Below, piece by piece: positions 34,697 to 43,892 of a DNA stretch of 64,000 bases (positions are counted from its first letter, which is position 1; every line of letters begins with the position of its first letter). The notes under the pieces are model-generated. The model was not told where the DNA came from. It searched no databases and was given only the letters and a program-made list of their open reading frames with translations. The position numbers and the translations under genes are program-made. This DNA is from an uncultured Thermoleophilaceae bacterium (lineage in GTDB: Bacteria > Actinomycetota > Thermoleophilia > Solirubrobacterales > Thermoleophilaceae). Location: assembly GCA_963825475.1 (NCBI GenBank), contig CAWGTC010000001.1:315742-379741 (forward strand), read 5' to 3'.

Positions 34697-35456
34697 CATA
34701 GGCGGCGGACTCCCCGCACGGCGGGCTTCAGACGGCGGAAGGGGAGCGGGGGGGGAAGCAGCGCGTCGTCCTCCTCGGCAAGGAAGCAGAACGTGTCGAA
34801 GCCTTCCTCGAGGATCGAGTAGCCGGCACCGCGGAAGTGCTCGACGCACGGCCGCCCGGTCCTCGCGCGAGAGGTGGTAATGCTCGTAGATCGCGAGCCG
34901 CGGGCGGAAGCGGCGGAGGTCGATCGTGCGCAGAATCTCCCAGTCGTAGCCCTCGGTGTCGGTCGAGCAGCAGGTCGAGGTCCTCGAGCCCGTGCTTCGC
35001 GGCCAGCGAGTCGAAGGTCAGCGCCGTGACCTGGCGCTCGACGATCCGCTCCTCGACGTCCGGGATGTCCTTCCTGTGTCCCAGCACCTGGTCGCGCGAG
35101 AACGAGCCGGTCCCGTGGTACCAGTAGGGCAGCCGCTCCAACTCATCCCGGTCGCCTTTCGCAAGTGGTAGAACGGGAGCTGACCGTCCTTGGCGCCGAT
35201 CGCCGCGTTCTCGAGCGTGACGCCCTCGATGTCGCCGTAACGCCTGGTGAGGCTCTCGAAGATGTACGGGAACGGGCTCGACCATCACGCCTCGCCACGA
35301 GCGCGTCTGGATGAACTCGCTGAGGTGGTCGTGGTGGTCGCCGTCGTTCGACCCGATCTCCACGAACAGCGCCTCGGGATAGCGGTCGGCGAATGCCTCG
35401 ACCAGCTTCGGCCCGGCCATTCGCCACAGCTGCCAGCGATAGCGGAGCCCCCGCAC
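34697..35456 (-). pseudogene. FkbM-family methyltransferase, about 4 frameshifts
   Basis: Hand-stitched from three frames: FVEIGSNDGDHHDHLSEFIQTRSWRGVMVEPVP / YIFESLTRRYGDIEGVTLENAAIGAKDGQLPFYHL / AKGDRDELERLPYWYHGTGSFSRDQV...LEDLDLLL / DTEGYDWEILRTIDLRRFRPRLAIYEHYHLSREDRAAV / VEHFRGAGYSILEEGFDTFCFLAEEDDALL. Junctions lie at about 35272, 35165, 34965 and 34850. Confidence 0.65.
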
Positions 35457-35486
35457 GAACCGCTTGCCGCGGCGGAGCGATCTTCT

Positions 35487-36227
35487 TCACCGGCGGGGGG
35501 CCGTGCCGTCCGCGTGCAGCACGACGTGCGGGATCTTGCGCGTCTTCCCGGCCTTCGACTTGATCTTCACCTTGAAGTCGCCCTTGTCCTCGACGTTGTC
35601 GAAGCCGGCGGTCCACAGCATCCTTCGCCAGGTCTTGCGCGCTGGCAGCCAGAAGACGACCGCCTTGTCGCGATCCGCGAAGTAGCGCGACACGGGGAAG
35701 GGTACGAGGCCGCTCATCGGGTCGTACTCGTCGGCGAAGATGAAGCGCCCGTGGCAAAGGTTGGCAAGCCGCTCGAGGGCGAGCAGCTGGTCGCGCAGAT
35801 GCAGGATCACGGCTCCCACGAAGACCAGGTCGAAGGTCCCCAGCTCCTCGGGGGTGGCGCGGTAGATGTTCTGCACCACTCGCTCGACCTTCGACCCGAG
35901 GATCTCTTTCGCCAGGCGAAAGCCCTCGCCGCGATCGGTCATGGTCCATTCCTTCGGCCGCCGGCGCGGGGGCCAGTCGTACTCGGACTCGTGATCGACG
36001 TCCAGGGCCACTACGTCAGCGCCCCGCCGCTCCATCTCGAACGCCCAGAAGCCGTCCCAGGTGCCGATGTCGAGCACCCGCAGGCCGTCCATGCGCTCGG
36101 GGAGGCGGTAGTGCTGGACGTGGGAGCGGAGGTCAAACCAGCCCTCGGTCACCAGCCCGTCGCCGAGATCGATCGTGTGGTACCAGCTGAGCTCCCGAAC
36201 GCGCGCGGCGTGATCAGGCGTGGGCAC
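35487..36227 (-). CDS. Class I SAM-dependent methyltransferase (DUF1698/CmoB-like; paralogue of 63602-)
   Basis: 246 aa: ELSWYHTIDLGDGLVTEGWFD...RVLDIGTWDGFWAFEMERRGADVVALDVD. Confidence 0.75.
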   Translation of the reverse strand: MPTPDHAARVRELSWYHTIDLGDGLVTEGWFDLRSHVQHYRLPERMDGLRVLDIGTWDGFWAFEMERRGADVVALDVDHESEYDWPPRRRPKEWTMTDRGEGFRLAKEILGSKVERVVQNIYRATPEELGTFDLVFVGAVILHLRDQLLALERLANLCHGRFIFADEYDPMSGLVPFPVSRYFADRDKAVVFWLPARKTWRRMLWTAGFDNVEDKGDFKVKIKSKAGKTRKIPHVVLHADGTAPRR

Positions 36228-36335
36228 TCACTCCTCCTCTCGTCGCCAAGCCCAGAGTGTTCCGGCACCGTACAGTGGCTCGCCCTCGGCCACCGGTGAG
36301 AGACTGAGCCACGGGCGCAGTGTAAGCTGCACCCC

Positions 36336-37324
36336 TTGAATAGCGCTGACGGCGAAATCAGCAGCCTAGCCGTATCGGTGGTCGTCCCCTCGCACGCGCG
36401 TCGGCTGCGGCTGCGCTGGCTGCTGAACGCGCTGGAGGAGCAGACGCTCGACCCGGCGGCGTTCGAGGTCGTCGTCGTCCACGACTACGAGGGCGAGGAC
36501 GCCGAGCTTATCGCCGGGCATCCGCTGGCCCGGGACGGGCGGATGCGCCAGCTGACGATCGAGCCGGGAACCGGCCGGCCGTCGGTGCAGCGCAACATGG
36601 GCTGGCGGGCCGCCCAGGCGCCGCTGGTCGCGTTCATCGACGACGACTGCCGGCCCGAGGCCGGCTGGCTCGAGAATCTGCTCGAGGTGGCCAGGGCGCA
36701 TCCGGGAGCGATCGTGCAGGGCACGACCAGACCCGATCCCGTTCGAGGCCGCCTCGCTTCGCCAGCCCGCATGCCCGCACGCTCTCGGTCAAGCCACCGC
36801 ACGAATACGCCCAGACCTGCAACATCGCCTACCCGAAGGCGCTGCTCGAGCGCGTCGGCGGGTTCGACGAAGCCTGCCGGCGCCCGCCGGGCGAGGACAC
36901 GGACCTCGCGCTGCGCGCCCGCGCCACGGGGGCCGACCTGGTCGCGCCCGAGGCCGTCGTCTACCACGCGGTGGACGCCTACTCGCTGCCGGAGGCGATA
37001 AAGCTCAACCTCAAGTGGCGCCATCTGGCGTTCGTGATCAAGCGGCACCCCCAGCTGCGGCGGCATTTCACCCATCGCGTGTTCTGGCGCCGCAGCCACC
37101 GAGACATCGTCCTTCTCCTGGTCGGAGCGGCGCTGGCCTCTCGCCTACCCGCCGCGATGCTGCTCGGCCTGCCGTGGGTCTACGGACGGCTCACGAAGCG
37201 AGGACGGCACAGGCGGGCCCTCGTCGCGGGCGCACTCGAGATGCCCGGCGGGTTCGTGGTCGACCTGGCCGAGGTGGCGACCATGTGCTGGGGCAGCGTG
37301 CGGTACCGGACGCTCATACTGTGA
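36336..37324 (+). pseudogene. Glycosyltransferase family 2 (paralogue of 28654 and 60932), frameshifted by an 8-bp duplication
   Basis: Frame 0 reads VSVVVPSHARR...VVVVHDYEGED...FIDDDCRPEAGWL...IVQGTTRPDPVRGRLASPAR. Frame 2 reads ARTLSVKPPHEYAQTCNIAYPKALLERVGGFDE...VVYHAVDAYSLPEAIKL... and runs to 37324. The junction is gcccgcaT gcccgcaC at 36765-36780. Confidence 0.7.
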
Positions 37325-38442
37325 GCGCCACCGTCGCGCCGCTCGACGTCGCGCTGCTCAACCCTTTCTTCTGGCCCGAGGTACGCCGCGGCTCGGAGCG
37401 GCTGGTCCACGACCTGGCAGTCGACCTGATCGCGCTCGGAGCCCGGCCTCAGCTGATCACGAGCCATCCCGGCCGGCCACGTGGGTCTGTCGAGGACGGG
37501 TTTCGGATCACTCGCAACTGGCGCCCGCCCGAGCCCTGGAGGGTCCGTAAGTTCGAGCCACACCTGTCGCACGTCCCTTTCAGCTATGCCTCGCTGATGG
37601 CGTCTGGCGCCGACGTGGCCCACGCCTTCTACCCCACCGACGCGCTCGCCGCGCTCCGCTGGTCGCGCAAGACGGGGCGTCCGGCGGTGTTCTCATACAT
37701 GGGGCACCCGGTCCGGGAGATGTGCGCGACCTACCGGCTGCGAAAGACGATTCTCGAGCAGGTAATTGGCGAGAGTGACGCGATCGTCGCCTTGAGCCGT
37801 TCTGCCGGCGACGCGATGTGGAGGTGGTTCGGGGTCGAGCCGCGGATCATCTACCCCGGTGTAGATCTCGATGCCTTCGTTCCCGGCGAGGGGCGGTCGG
37901 AACACCCCACCGTTGCGTGCGCGGGTGCGGTCGATGATGGGCGAAAGCGGATTCCCCTGCTCCTGCGTGCCTTCAGCCTCGTTCGCGATTCGCGTCCGCA
38001 CGCCCGCCTGCTGCTGACGCGGCCGTCGGATCCCAAACTCGCGCAGCGCCTGACCGACGGGCACCCCGGAGTCGAGTTGGTACCGGCGGAGCGGCCGGTG
38101 GCATCCGTCTTTCGCGAGGCGTGGGCCAGTGGCCTGACGTCGTACAACGAGGCCTTCGGCCTGGTGCTGGTCGAGTCGCTCGCCTGTGGCACCCCGGTGT
38201 TTGGCGCTCGCGAAGGCGGCGTCCGCGAGATCGTCGACAGCACTGAGATCGGTTGCCTGTTCGAGGGTGACGACGAGCGCGACGTGGCGAGGTCGATCCT
38301 CGAGGCGCTCGAGTTGGCGGAGGCGCCCGGAACCGCTGCCGCGTGCCGTTCGAGGGCCGAGTGGTTTGACACCCGCTCGGGTGCGCGCGCTCACCTCGCG
38401 CTCTACGACGAGCTCGTCGACGCGAGGGGGTCAACGCGGTGA
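37321..38442 (+). CDS. Glycosyltransferase family 4 (GT-B)
   Basis: GTG 37321 overlaps the previous stop. Sequence: VALLNPFFWPEVRRGSERLVHDLAVDL...TSYNEAFGLVLVESLACGTPVFGAREGGVREIV. Confidence 0.8.
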   Translation: MSATVAPLDVALLNPFFWPEVRRGSERLVHDLAVDLIALGARPQLITSHPGRPRGSVEDGFRITRNWRPPEPWRVRKFEPHLSHVPFSYASLMASGADVAHAFYPTDALAALRWSRKTGRPAVFSYMGHPVREMCATYRLRKTILEQVIGESDAIVALSRSAGDAMWRWFGVEPRIIYPGVDLDAFVPGEGRSEHPTVACAGAVDDGRKRIPLLLRAFSLVRDSRPHARLLLTRPSDPKLAQRLTDGHPGVELVPAERPVASVFREAWASGLTSYNEAFGLVLVESLACGTPVFGAREGGVREIVDSTEIGCLFEGDDERDVARSILEALELAEAPGTAAACRSRAEWFDTRSGARAHLALYDELVDARGSTR

Positions 38443-39649
38443 CCCTTACGCTGGGCCTCGGCCTGGGCCTTTCCGATCCATTCGGAGAGCTTCGCTGTTT
38501 CGGTGTGAAGGTTGGCGACGGTCGAGACGTGTTCACGTGCCAGTGCGCCTAGCTGTACGCGTTTACCGATGTCGTGGTCGAGCATCGCGTGGATGGCCTC
38601 GGCCAGCGCTTCGGCGTCGCCTGGTGGCACGAGCGATCCCCACGGCTCTCGGACCAGCTCCGGCAGCCCCACTTCATCCGAGGCAACCACACACAGCTCC
38701 ATCGCCATGGCCTCCTTGACCACGACCGGCATCGAGTCGCGGTCGCCGTTCCGGGCCACTACGCACGGCATGCAGAACAGATCCGCCCGTTCCAGGAGCG
38801 CTTGGATCGCGGGCGGCCGCATGGCTCCGAGGAGGCTCACACGGTCGGCGAGCCCGAGCTGAGCAATCTCGGCCTCGAGGTTCGTACGCTCCGGACCTTC
38901 GCCGGCGATCGAAAACGTTACGTCGGGCAATAGTGCCGCGGCCCGCAGGAGGTGAACGAAGCCTTTCTTTTCCACCAGTCGCCCGATGGCCACGACGTGG
39001 CGTCCGCCGGGGAGAGGGGATGACCGTACGTACGCCGACGGGTCGATGCCCATGATCTGCTTGAACACCCGGCTGGCACCCTCCGGGCCGACGGCACTGC
39101 GCAGGTGTCCGACCGTGTATTCGCACCCAGAGGTCGAGAAGTGACTGCGCCTGAGCCTTTCGGACAGCCTACGAGGCTTGGTGTAGATGTCGTACGCGTG
39201 TGCCGTGAGGCTGGTAGGAACTCCGATCAGGCGGCCGATCCGATACGCCTCGTCGGCGGTGGCCGTGGCGAAGTGGGTATGAAGGTGGACGTTCGGTGCC
39301 AGCTTCGCCACCCGCCGTGCTCGGACCGCGAGTCGGCGCATCGGTACGCCGCGGGCCTGCTCCGGTTGCGCGCGCCGATGTCTCAGGTCGGCCAGAGAGC
39401 GCAGCGGATGCCTCAGGAGGATTCCGACCAGCGCGTGGAGCCGCTTTGACCGAGTTCGTCCTCGATCCAGTGGACTTCCATACCCGGGGGGACCGACGCC
39501 TCAGGGTCGTCAGACCTGCGGCGCGCTTGCACGGAGACGCGATGCCCGAGGGCGGCCAAGGCGGCTGCCTCCGAGACCACAAAGGTCTCCGAAAGAACGG
39601 GAAAGCGATCGACGAAGATTTCAACCGCGGACTTGTGCGGATCAGTCAC
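38403..39649 (-). pseudogene. Glycosyltransferase family 4 (WcaL-like), single frameshift at about 39435
   Basis: The N-terminal 78-aa ORF (39413..39649) reads VEIFVDRFPVLSETFVVSEAAALAALGHRV...WIEDELGQ. The downstream frame continues KRLHALVGILLRHPLRSLADL... into track ORF 38403..39341 (...VVVKEAMAMELCVVASDEVGLPELV). The junction is an A3 run on the minus strand (ttt 39435-39437). Confidence 0.7.
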
Positions 39650-40002
39650 CCGCGGCTCCGTGTTCTCTCGTCTAAAGCGAAGCCGGGCCCGTGAAAGAGG
39701 GTCAATATCGGTTCCGCGTCGTTAATCATGAGCCGCACCCAGACGTGATCGAGCATCTCCACGCCAACGCCGCGAAGTGGGGCGTTGAGGGCTGGGTTTG
39801 AGGCCAAGCTGCACGAGGTCCCCGGTGCATCCTTCGTGCTGCTCACCGCGACCAACCATCACGTCGCCGCGGGCATGCCGCCTAGAGTCACCAGCTGAAT
39901 CCGCATTCTGATGCTTCCAGACCGCATTCACGCCCACCCTAACCGCGCCCCTCTTCAATAGGCTCGCAGGATGAGGACGCTCGGGGTGCGACGCTGAATC
40001 CG

Positions 40003-40875
40003 GTGCCGGGTCGAGACGGGCTGCGAGTCGCCGCCATTGTCCCCGTTGGGGAGGAATCGCCGCTCCTCGATGACTGTCTCCAGTGCCTCGCCGCGCAAAC
40101 CGCGCCCGTCGACGAGGTGATCGTCGTGGACGACTCTCCGCAGGCGGATGTCGCGGAGCGGCCCGGGGTTCGCCTGCTCCGGAGCGGTGGCCTGGGTCCC
40201 TATGCGGCCCGAAACGTCGGATGGCGCGCGAGCGAGGCGGACATCGTGCTCTTTCTAGACATCCGCAGCCGTCCGCGCCGCGAATGGGCGTTCCTCCTCG
40301 GCCAAGCGTTGCAGGAGCCCTCGGTGGCGCTGGCCAGCTCGGACGTTCTCGTCAGCGGCGGTCAGTCGCTCGGTGCGCGCGTGGGTAAGCGGCATCGGTT
40401 CTTCCGCAAGGAGCGATACACCCGCGACGGGCTTTTCCGTCCGTACGCCCCCACGTGCAACCTCGGTGTCCGGCGGGACGCGCTGGTCGCGGTGGACGGG
40501 TTCAGGGAGATCCGGAGCAGTGCCGATATGGACCTCTGCTGGCGCATCCTCGCCGACCCGGGCAAGCGCCTCGAGTCTCTGCCCGAGGTACTCATGGAGT
40601 GGGTCGCTCGCGACCGGCTGCGGGACTACTTCGAGCAGTGCTACCGCTACGGAAAGGCTCATCATTCTCTGTACGCGGCGTGGGCCGGTGAGGGTGGGCC
40701 GGTCAAGGCGCCCTTGCGCTACAGAAGGCTCGTCCGCCTGGGGTTGCGACTGACCAGTCGGGCCGTACGAGCGGGGCTGGTGCGCCACGACGGGAGTGAG
40801 GTGATCGACTGCCTACGCGAGGGCGGGCGCCTGGTCTACGAGATCGGGTATCGGAATGCCGCGGGTCGCACCTAG
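40003..40875 (+). CDS. Glycosyltransferase family 2
   Basis: VAAIVPVGEESPLLDDCLQCLAAQTAPVDEVIVVDDSPQ and FLDIRSRP (a DxD-like position). Confidence 0.7.
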   Translation: MPGRDGLRVAAIVPVGEESPLLDDCLQCLAAQTAPVDEVIVVDDSPQADVAERPGVRLLRSGGLGPYAARNVGWRASEADIVLFLDIRSRPRREWAFLLGQALQEPSVALASSDVLVSGGQSLGARVGKRHRFFRKERYTRDGLFRPYAPTCNLGVRRDALVAVDGFREIRSSADMDLCWRILADPGKRLESLPEVLMEWVARDRLRDYFEQCYRYGKAHHSLYAAWAGEGGPVKAPLRYRRLVRLGLRLTSRAVRAGLVRHDGSEVIDCLREGGRLVYEIGYRNAAGRT

Positions 40876-40946
40876 CTTGTGACAGGACCAATAACTCGCT
40901 CCACCACTCGGGCGGCGGCCCGCCCATCGTCGATCGGGCAGAAGCG

Positions 40947-42041
40947 TCACCGAAACCGTTCGTAGGGATCCGCGTAGTCCCTGCTCAGGAGATCGAAATC
41001 CTCAAGCATCTCAAGCACCTCCTCCGTGGTGCGACACACAGGCCCCGGAGCCTCGGCCTCGAGGTCGAAGTAGAACCCCCGGACACCGTCGCGGTACTCC
41101 TCGAGGTCGTACGTGAAGAACACGATCGGCTTACCGGTGACGGCGAAGTCGAACATGGCTGACGAGTAATCGGTTATCAGCACGTCGGCGGCGAGGTAGA
41201 GGTCCCGGATGTCGGGATGGTCGGAGACGTTCCTCCCGACGGCCCCGAGGGCATTCCCGAGCTTGGACGCCAGCAGGTAGTGAAGTCGCAGGAGCAGAAG
41301 ATGGCTGTCACCCAGCTGCGCCGCCATGCGCTCGACGTCGAGCGTGAGCGAGAAACCGAGCCGACCATCGCGGTCCACCAGGTTGTCGCGCCACGTCGGG
41401 GCGTAGAGCACGGCCCGAACGTCGTCGGCGATCCCCAGCTCTGCCCGCACCCGCTGCCGGACTTCGGCGGCGTCCGGAGCGCTGAGGATGTCGTTCCGCG
41501 GGTAGCCGGTCTCGAGGATCTCGCCGTCGAAGCGAAACGCGCGGCGGAAGATCTCCGTGCTGAACGAGTTTTGCGAAACAAGGAAGTCCCACTTCTCGAA
41601 GTCCCTTGCCATCCGGTCGAGTCCCGAGCGGTTTTCCTTCCAGCGCGGGTTGTCGAACCCGATCCGCTTTAGCGGTGTGCCGTGCCAGGTCTGCAGATAT
41701 GTGGTGCCGTTCCGTCTCCTGAAGTTCCTCGGCATAGGAATGTTGGACACGACCTGACCGGCGCTTCCGACCTGGCGCAGGTACGGGAGGCTGTACGGCT
41801 CCACCGCGGTCACCCCGGCAGGCGCCTGGCGACCGGGGGAGGTGATCCAGACGGGCTCGTGCGGCGTGTTCCGCCGCGTGAGCTCTTCGTAGATCGCGCG
41901 GGGGTTGTCAGAGAACGCTCCGTTGAAGCTGTTGTAGAGGACCCGCCGCACCCGGGGCTTCCCAAGCGTCTGCAACGCCGGGGCGGCGGCTGCACGGGCG
42001 AGCCGCGATAGAAACGCGCCAGCTGGAGGGGCGCTAGGCAT
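40947..42041 (-). CDS. CDP-glycerol glycerophosphotransferase (TagB/TagF family), second copy
   Basis: LYNSFNGAFSDNPRAIYEEL, YLQTWHGTPLKRIGFDN, LYAPTWRDN and LITDYSSAMFDFAVTGKPIVFFTYDLEEYRD. It starts 3 nt after the stop of the nucleotidyltransferase gene. Confidence 0.8.
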   Translation of the reverse strand: MPSAPPAGAFLSRLARAAAAPALQTLGKPRVRRVLYNSFNGAFSDNPRAIYEELTRRNTPHEPVWITSPGRQAPAGVTAVEPYSLPYLRQVGSAGQVVSNIPMPRNFRRRNGTTYLQTWHGTPLKRIGFDNPRWKENRSGLDRMARDFEKWDFLVSQNSFSTEIFRRAFRFDGEILETGYPRNDILSAPDAAEVRQRVRAELGIADDVRAVLYAPTWRDNLVDRDGRLGFSLTLDVERMAAQLGDSHLLLLRLHYLLASKLGNALGAVGRNVSDHPDIRDLYLAADVLITDYSSAMFDFAVTGKPIVFFTYDLEEYRDGVRGFYFDLEAEAPGPVCRTTEEVLEMLEDFDLLSRDYADPYERFR

Positions 42042-42044
42042 CGC

Positions 42045-43244
42045 TCATCCCCGTCCGCGCGCGATGACACTGGCCGGCGCCCACGCGTAACGGCCGACAA
42101 CCCTGATCGCGTGGCTGAGCCGGGCTGAAGTCATACGGGTTCGCGAGCCGCCGCGCAGCTCGGGCCGGCGCTCAAGCAGCACCTGGTCCGGGGGGAAGAT
42201 TCGGCGGCGGGCAAACGCACGGAGACCCCCTGAGGGGCTGAGGAGGCCGTCGACAAGCGAAATCTCAGCGCGGACCTGTTGGCGCGATCCCTCGCGCCAC
42301 GGATTGGCGAGTCGCACGGCTGCTCGCTCGCGACGGGCGAGCGGCCGGGCGGGGGCGATCAGAGAGCCGCGGGCAAGCCCCGCCATGGTTTCGGCATGCT
42401 CGGCGGCGGCGGCAAGCGCAGGGGCCAGTTCAGGATGACGCCCGGCGACCGTTCGGACCCCGGCCGCAGTCTCCCCTGGTCGACCCAGCGACGCCCACCA
42501 GGCCGCGACGTCGACCGTCTGCCGCAGCCCCGCAAAGCCGTCCCGCGCGAGGAACAACAGCAGGAAGGACAGTTCGTCCGTGGGGAGCAGCCGCCGCGAA
42601 CCGTCTTCGTTGATGGTTGCGCGGTCCAGAGCCGCCTGAGCGAAAGTCGACTCATACCAATGCACGCGCCAGTGCAGCTCGAGCGGGGGCAGGTCCGGGT
42701 GGTCCAGCACGCGGTGGAGCTCGGGCAGGCCGTCGATAGGTCGCGACCAGTCTGGCTCTGTCCAGCCGAGCCCTCCGGCGAGATCGACTGCTCGATCGAG
42801 CCCAGCGCCGGGAACCAGCAGATCGATGTCGGAAGACTGGCGCGCCCCGAAGTTGCCGTAGATGGAGTCGGCAAGCGCCGTCCCCTTGAGTGCAACTACC
42901 GCAAGCCCGTCCGCCTCGAGCGTGCGCGCCAGCCGCCCCGTAAGCGCGTGCTGGATCATCCCGCGGTGGCGAGCGATCATTCGGGCGCCGCCGAGCCACT
43001 CAGCGAGTGGCTCGGTCAGCTCGATAGCCGGATCGTCGAGAAGTCGCCCGCCTAGCGTCGTGATCATCCGCTGGGCCGCAAGCAGTCCGAGCACGCGTTC
43101 CAAATCGGCGACCGCCGCCAGCCTGTGGACCTCAGCAACCCGGTCGGGTGTCGGCTGAGCGACCGCGCGTATGAGGGCCACCACCAGCGCGTGCTCGGGT
43201 GTCACGGCCGCAGCGTACGCGCTCAGGAGGGCTGCGCGTCGCAA
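42045..43244 (-). CDS. NTP_transf_5-type uncharacterised nucleotidyltransferase
   Basis: 399 aa: ...VVALKGTALADSIYGNFGARQSSDIDLLVPGAGLDRAVDL..., a Pol-beta-like G[SN]...D.D signature as in the family co-occurring with HprK-like kinases. TTG start. Confidence 0.65.
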   Translation of the reverse strand: MRRAALLSAYAAAVTPEHALVVALIRAVAQPTPDRVAEVHRLAAVADLERVLGLLAAQRMITTLGGRLLDDPAIELTEPLAEWLGGARMIARHRGMIQHALTGRLARTLEADGLAVVALKGTALADSIYGNFGARQSSDIDLLVPGAGLDRAVDLAGGLGWTEPDWSRPIDGLPELHRVLDHPDLPPLELHWRVHWYESTFAQAALDRATINEDGSRRLLPTDELSFLLLFLARDGFAGLRQTVDVAAWWASLGRPGETAAGVRTVAGRHPELAPALAAAAEHAETMAGLARGSLIAPARPLARRERAAVRLANPWREGSRQQVRAEISLVDGLLSPSGGLRAFARRRIFPPDQVLLERRPELRGGSRTRMTSARLSHAIRVVGRYAWAPASVIARGRG

Positions 43245-43343
43245 TTCGGCTCCGGCGGCGGGATGACGAGGCCTACGTGACTGTCCGAACCTGCGCCGCT
43301 AGCGGGCCGTTGGGTGTACCGTGGGCTGCACAGGGAGCCCCGG

Positions 43344-43874
43344 ATGTCCTCTATCGACAACACGCCAGCTGCTCGGAAGGTGGTCTACGACCAGCCTCAG
43401 GTCCGAGACTACGGGTCCCTGGTCACGCTCACGGCGGATTTCGATGTGCACTTTGTCGGTTCAGTCGCGAAGATTGTGACGCTCGCCACCGTGAGTTCCC
43501 CGCTGGCCGTTGGCGGCGGCGCTACTGGCCCGGGCGGTGGTGGTGGCAGTGCGGGCAGCCTCGCGCCATCGAATCTGACTCCGGACACCGGAGGAGTGCT
43601 CTCCGACATCGCGCAAGCCGATGGCGTTCCCGAGGGCGGGACCGAAACTCCGGCCACGATTGACAACGGCACGGGGGTGCTTGCAGACGGCCCGGCTGGG
43701 GGCGGGGAGGCGGCCGGATCGGGCTCGATCGGCGGCGGCGCGGGCGCGGGCGGCGGCGGTGAGGGCGGGAGGCTCCCGTTCACCGGCTATGCGGCTGCGA
43801 CTGTTGCCGCGCTCGGAGCGGCCTTCACCGGCGCCGGCGTAGCGGTGCGCGCCCTGCTGCGCCGCCGCAGCTAG
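43344..43874 (+). CDS. Gly-rich LPXTG (LPFTG) surface-anchor protein with a lasso-leader-like N-terminus
   Basis: GGGAG lies 7 nt upstream of the ATG. Sequence: MSSIDNTPAARKVVYDQPQVRDYGSLVTLTADFDVHFVG..., then Gly-rich low complexity, then GGRLPFTGYAAATVAALGAAFTGAGVAVRALLRRRS*. The N-terminal 31 aa align with the leaders of A1 and A2. There is no classical Sec signal. Confidence 0.7.
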   Translation: MSSIDNTPAARKVVYDQPQVRDYGSLVTLTADFDVHFVGSVAKIVTLATVSSPLAVGGGATGPGGGGGSAGSLAPSNLTPDTGGVLSDIAQADGVPEGGTETPATIDNGTGVLADGPAGGGEAAGSGSIGGGAGAGGGGEGGRLPFTGYAAATVAALGAAFTGAGVAVRALLRRRS

Positions 43875-43892
43875 CAAGACCGGCAGGCGAGC

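Noticed and set aside
39650-40002. 353-bp lower-GC spacer with short ORFs (for example ...IEHLHANAAKWGVEGWV*), considered as a gene remnant or small RNA
   Set aside because: I found no readable domain, no convincing start/RBS and no obvious structured-RNA signature. I treat it as a divergent promoter region. A homology search could still reveal a relic.
43409-43877. Minus-strand ORFs antisense to the LPFTG protein gene
   Set aside because: They are mirror readings of GGC-rich Gly codons (Pro/Ala-rich). The sense strand has an RBS, the leader-like motif and a complete sortase signal.
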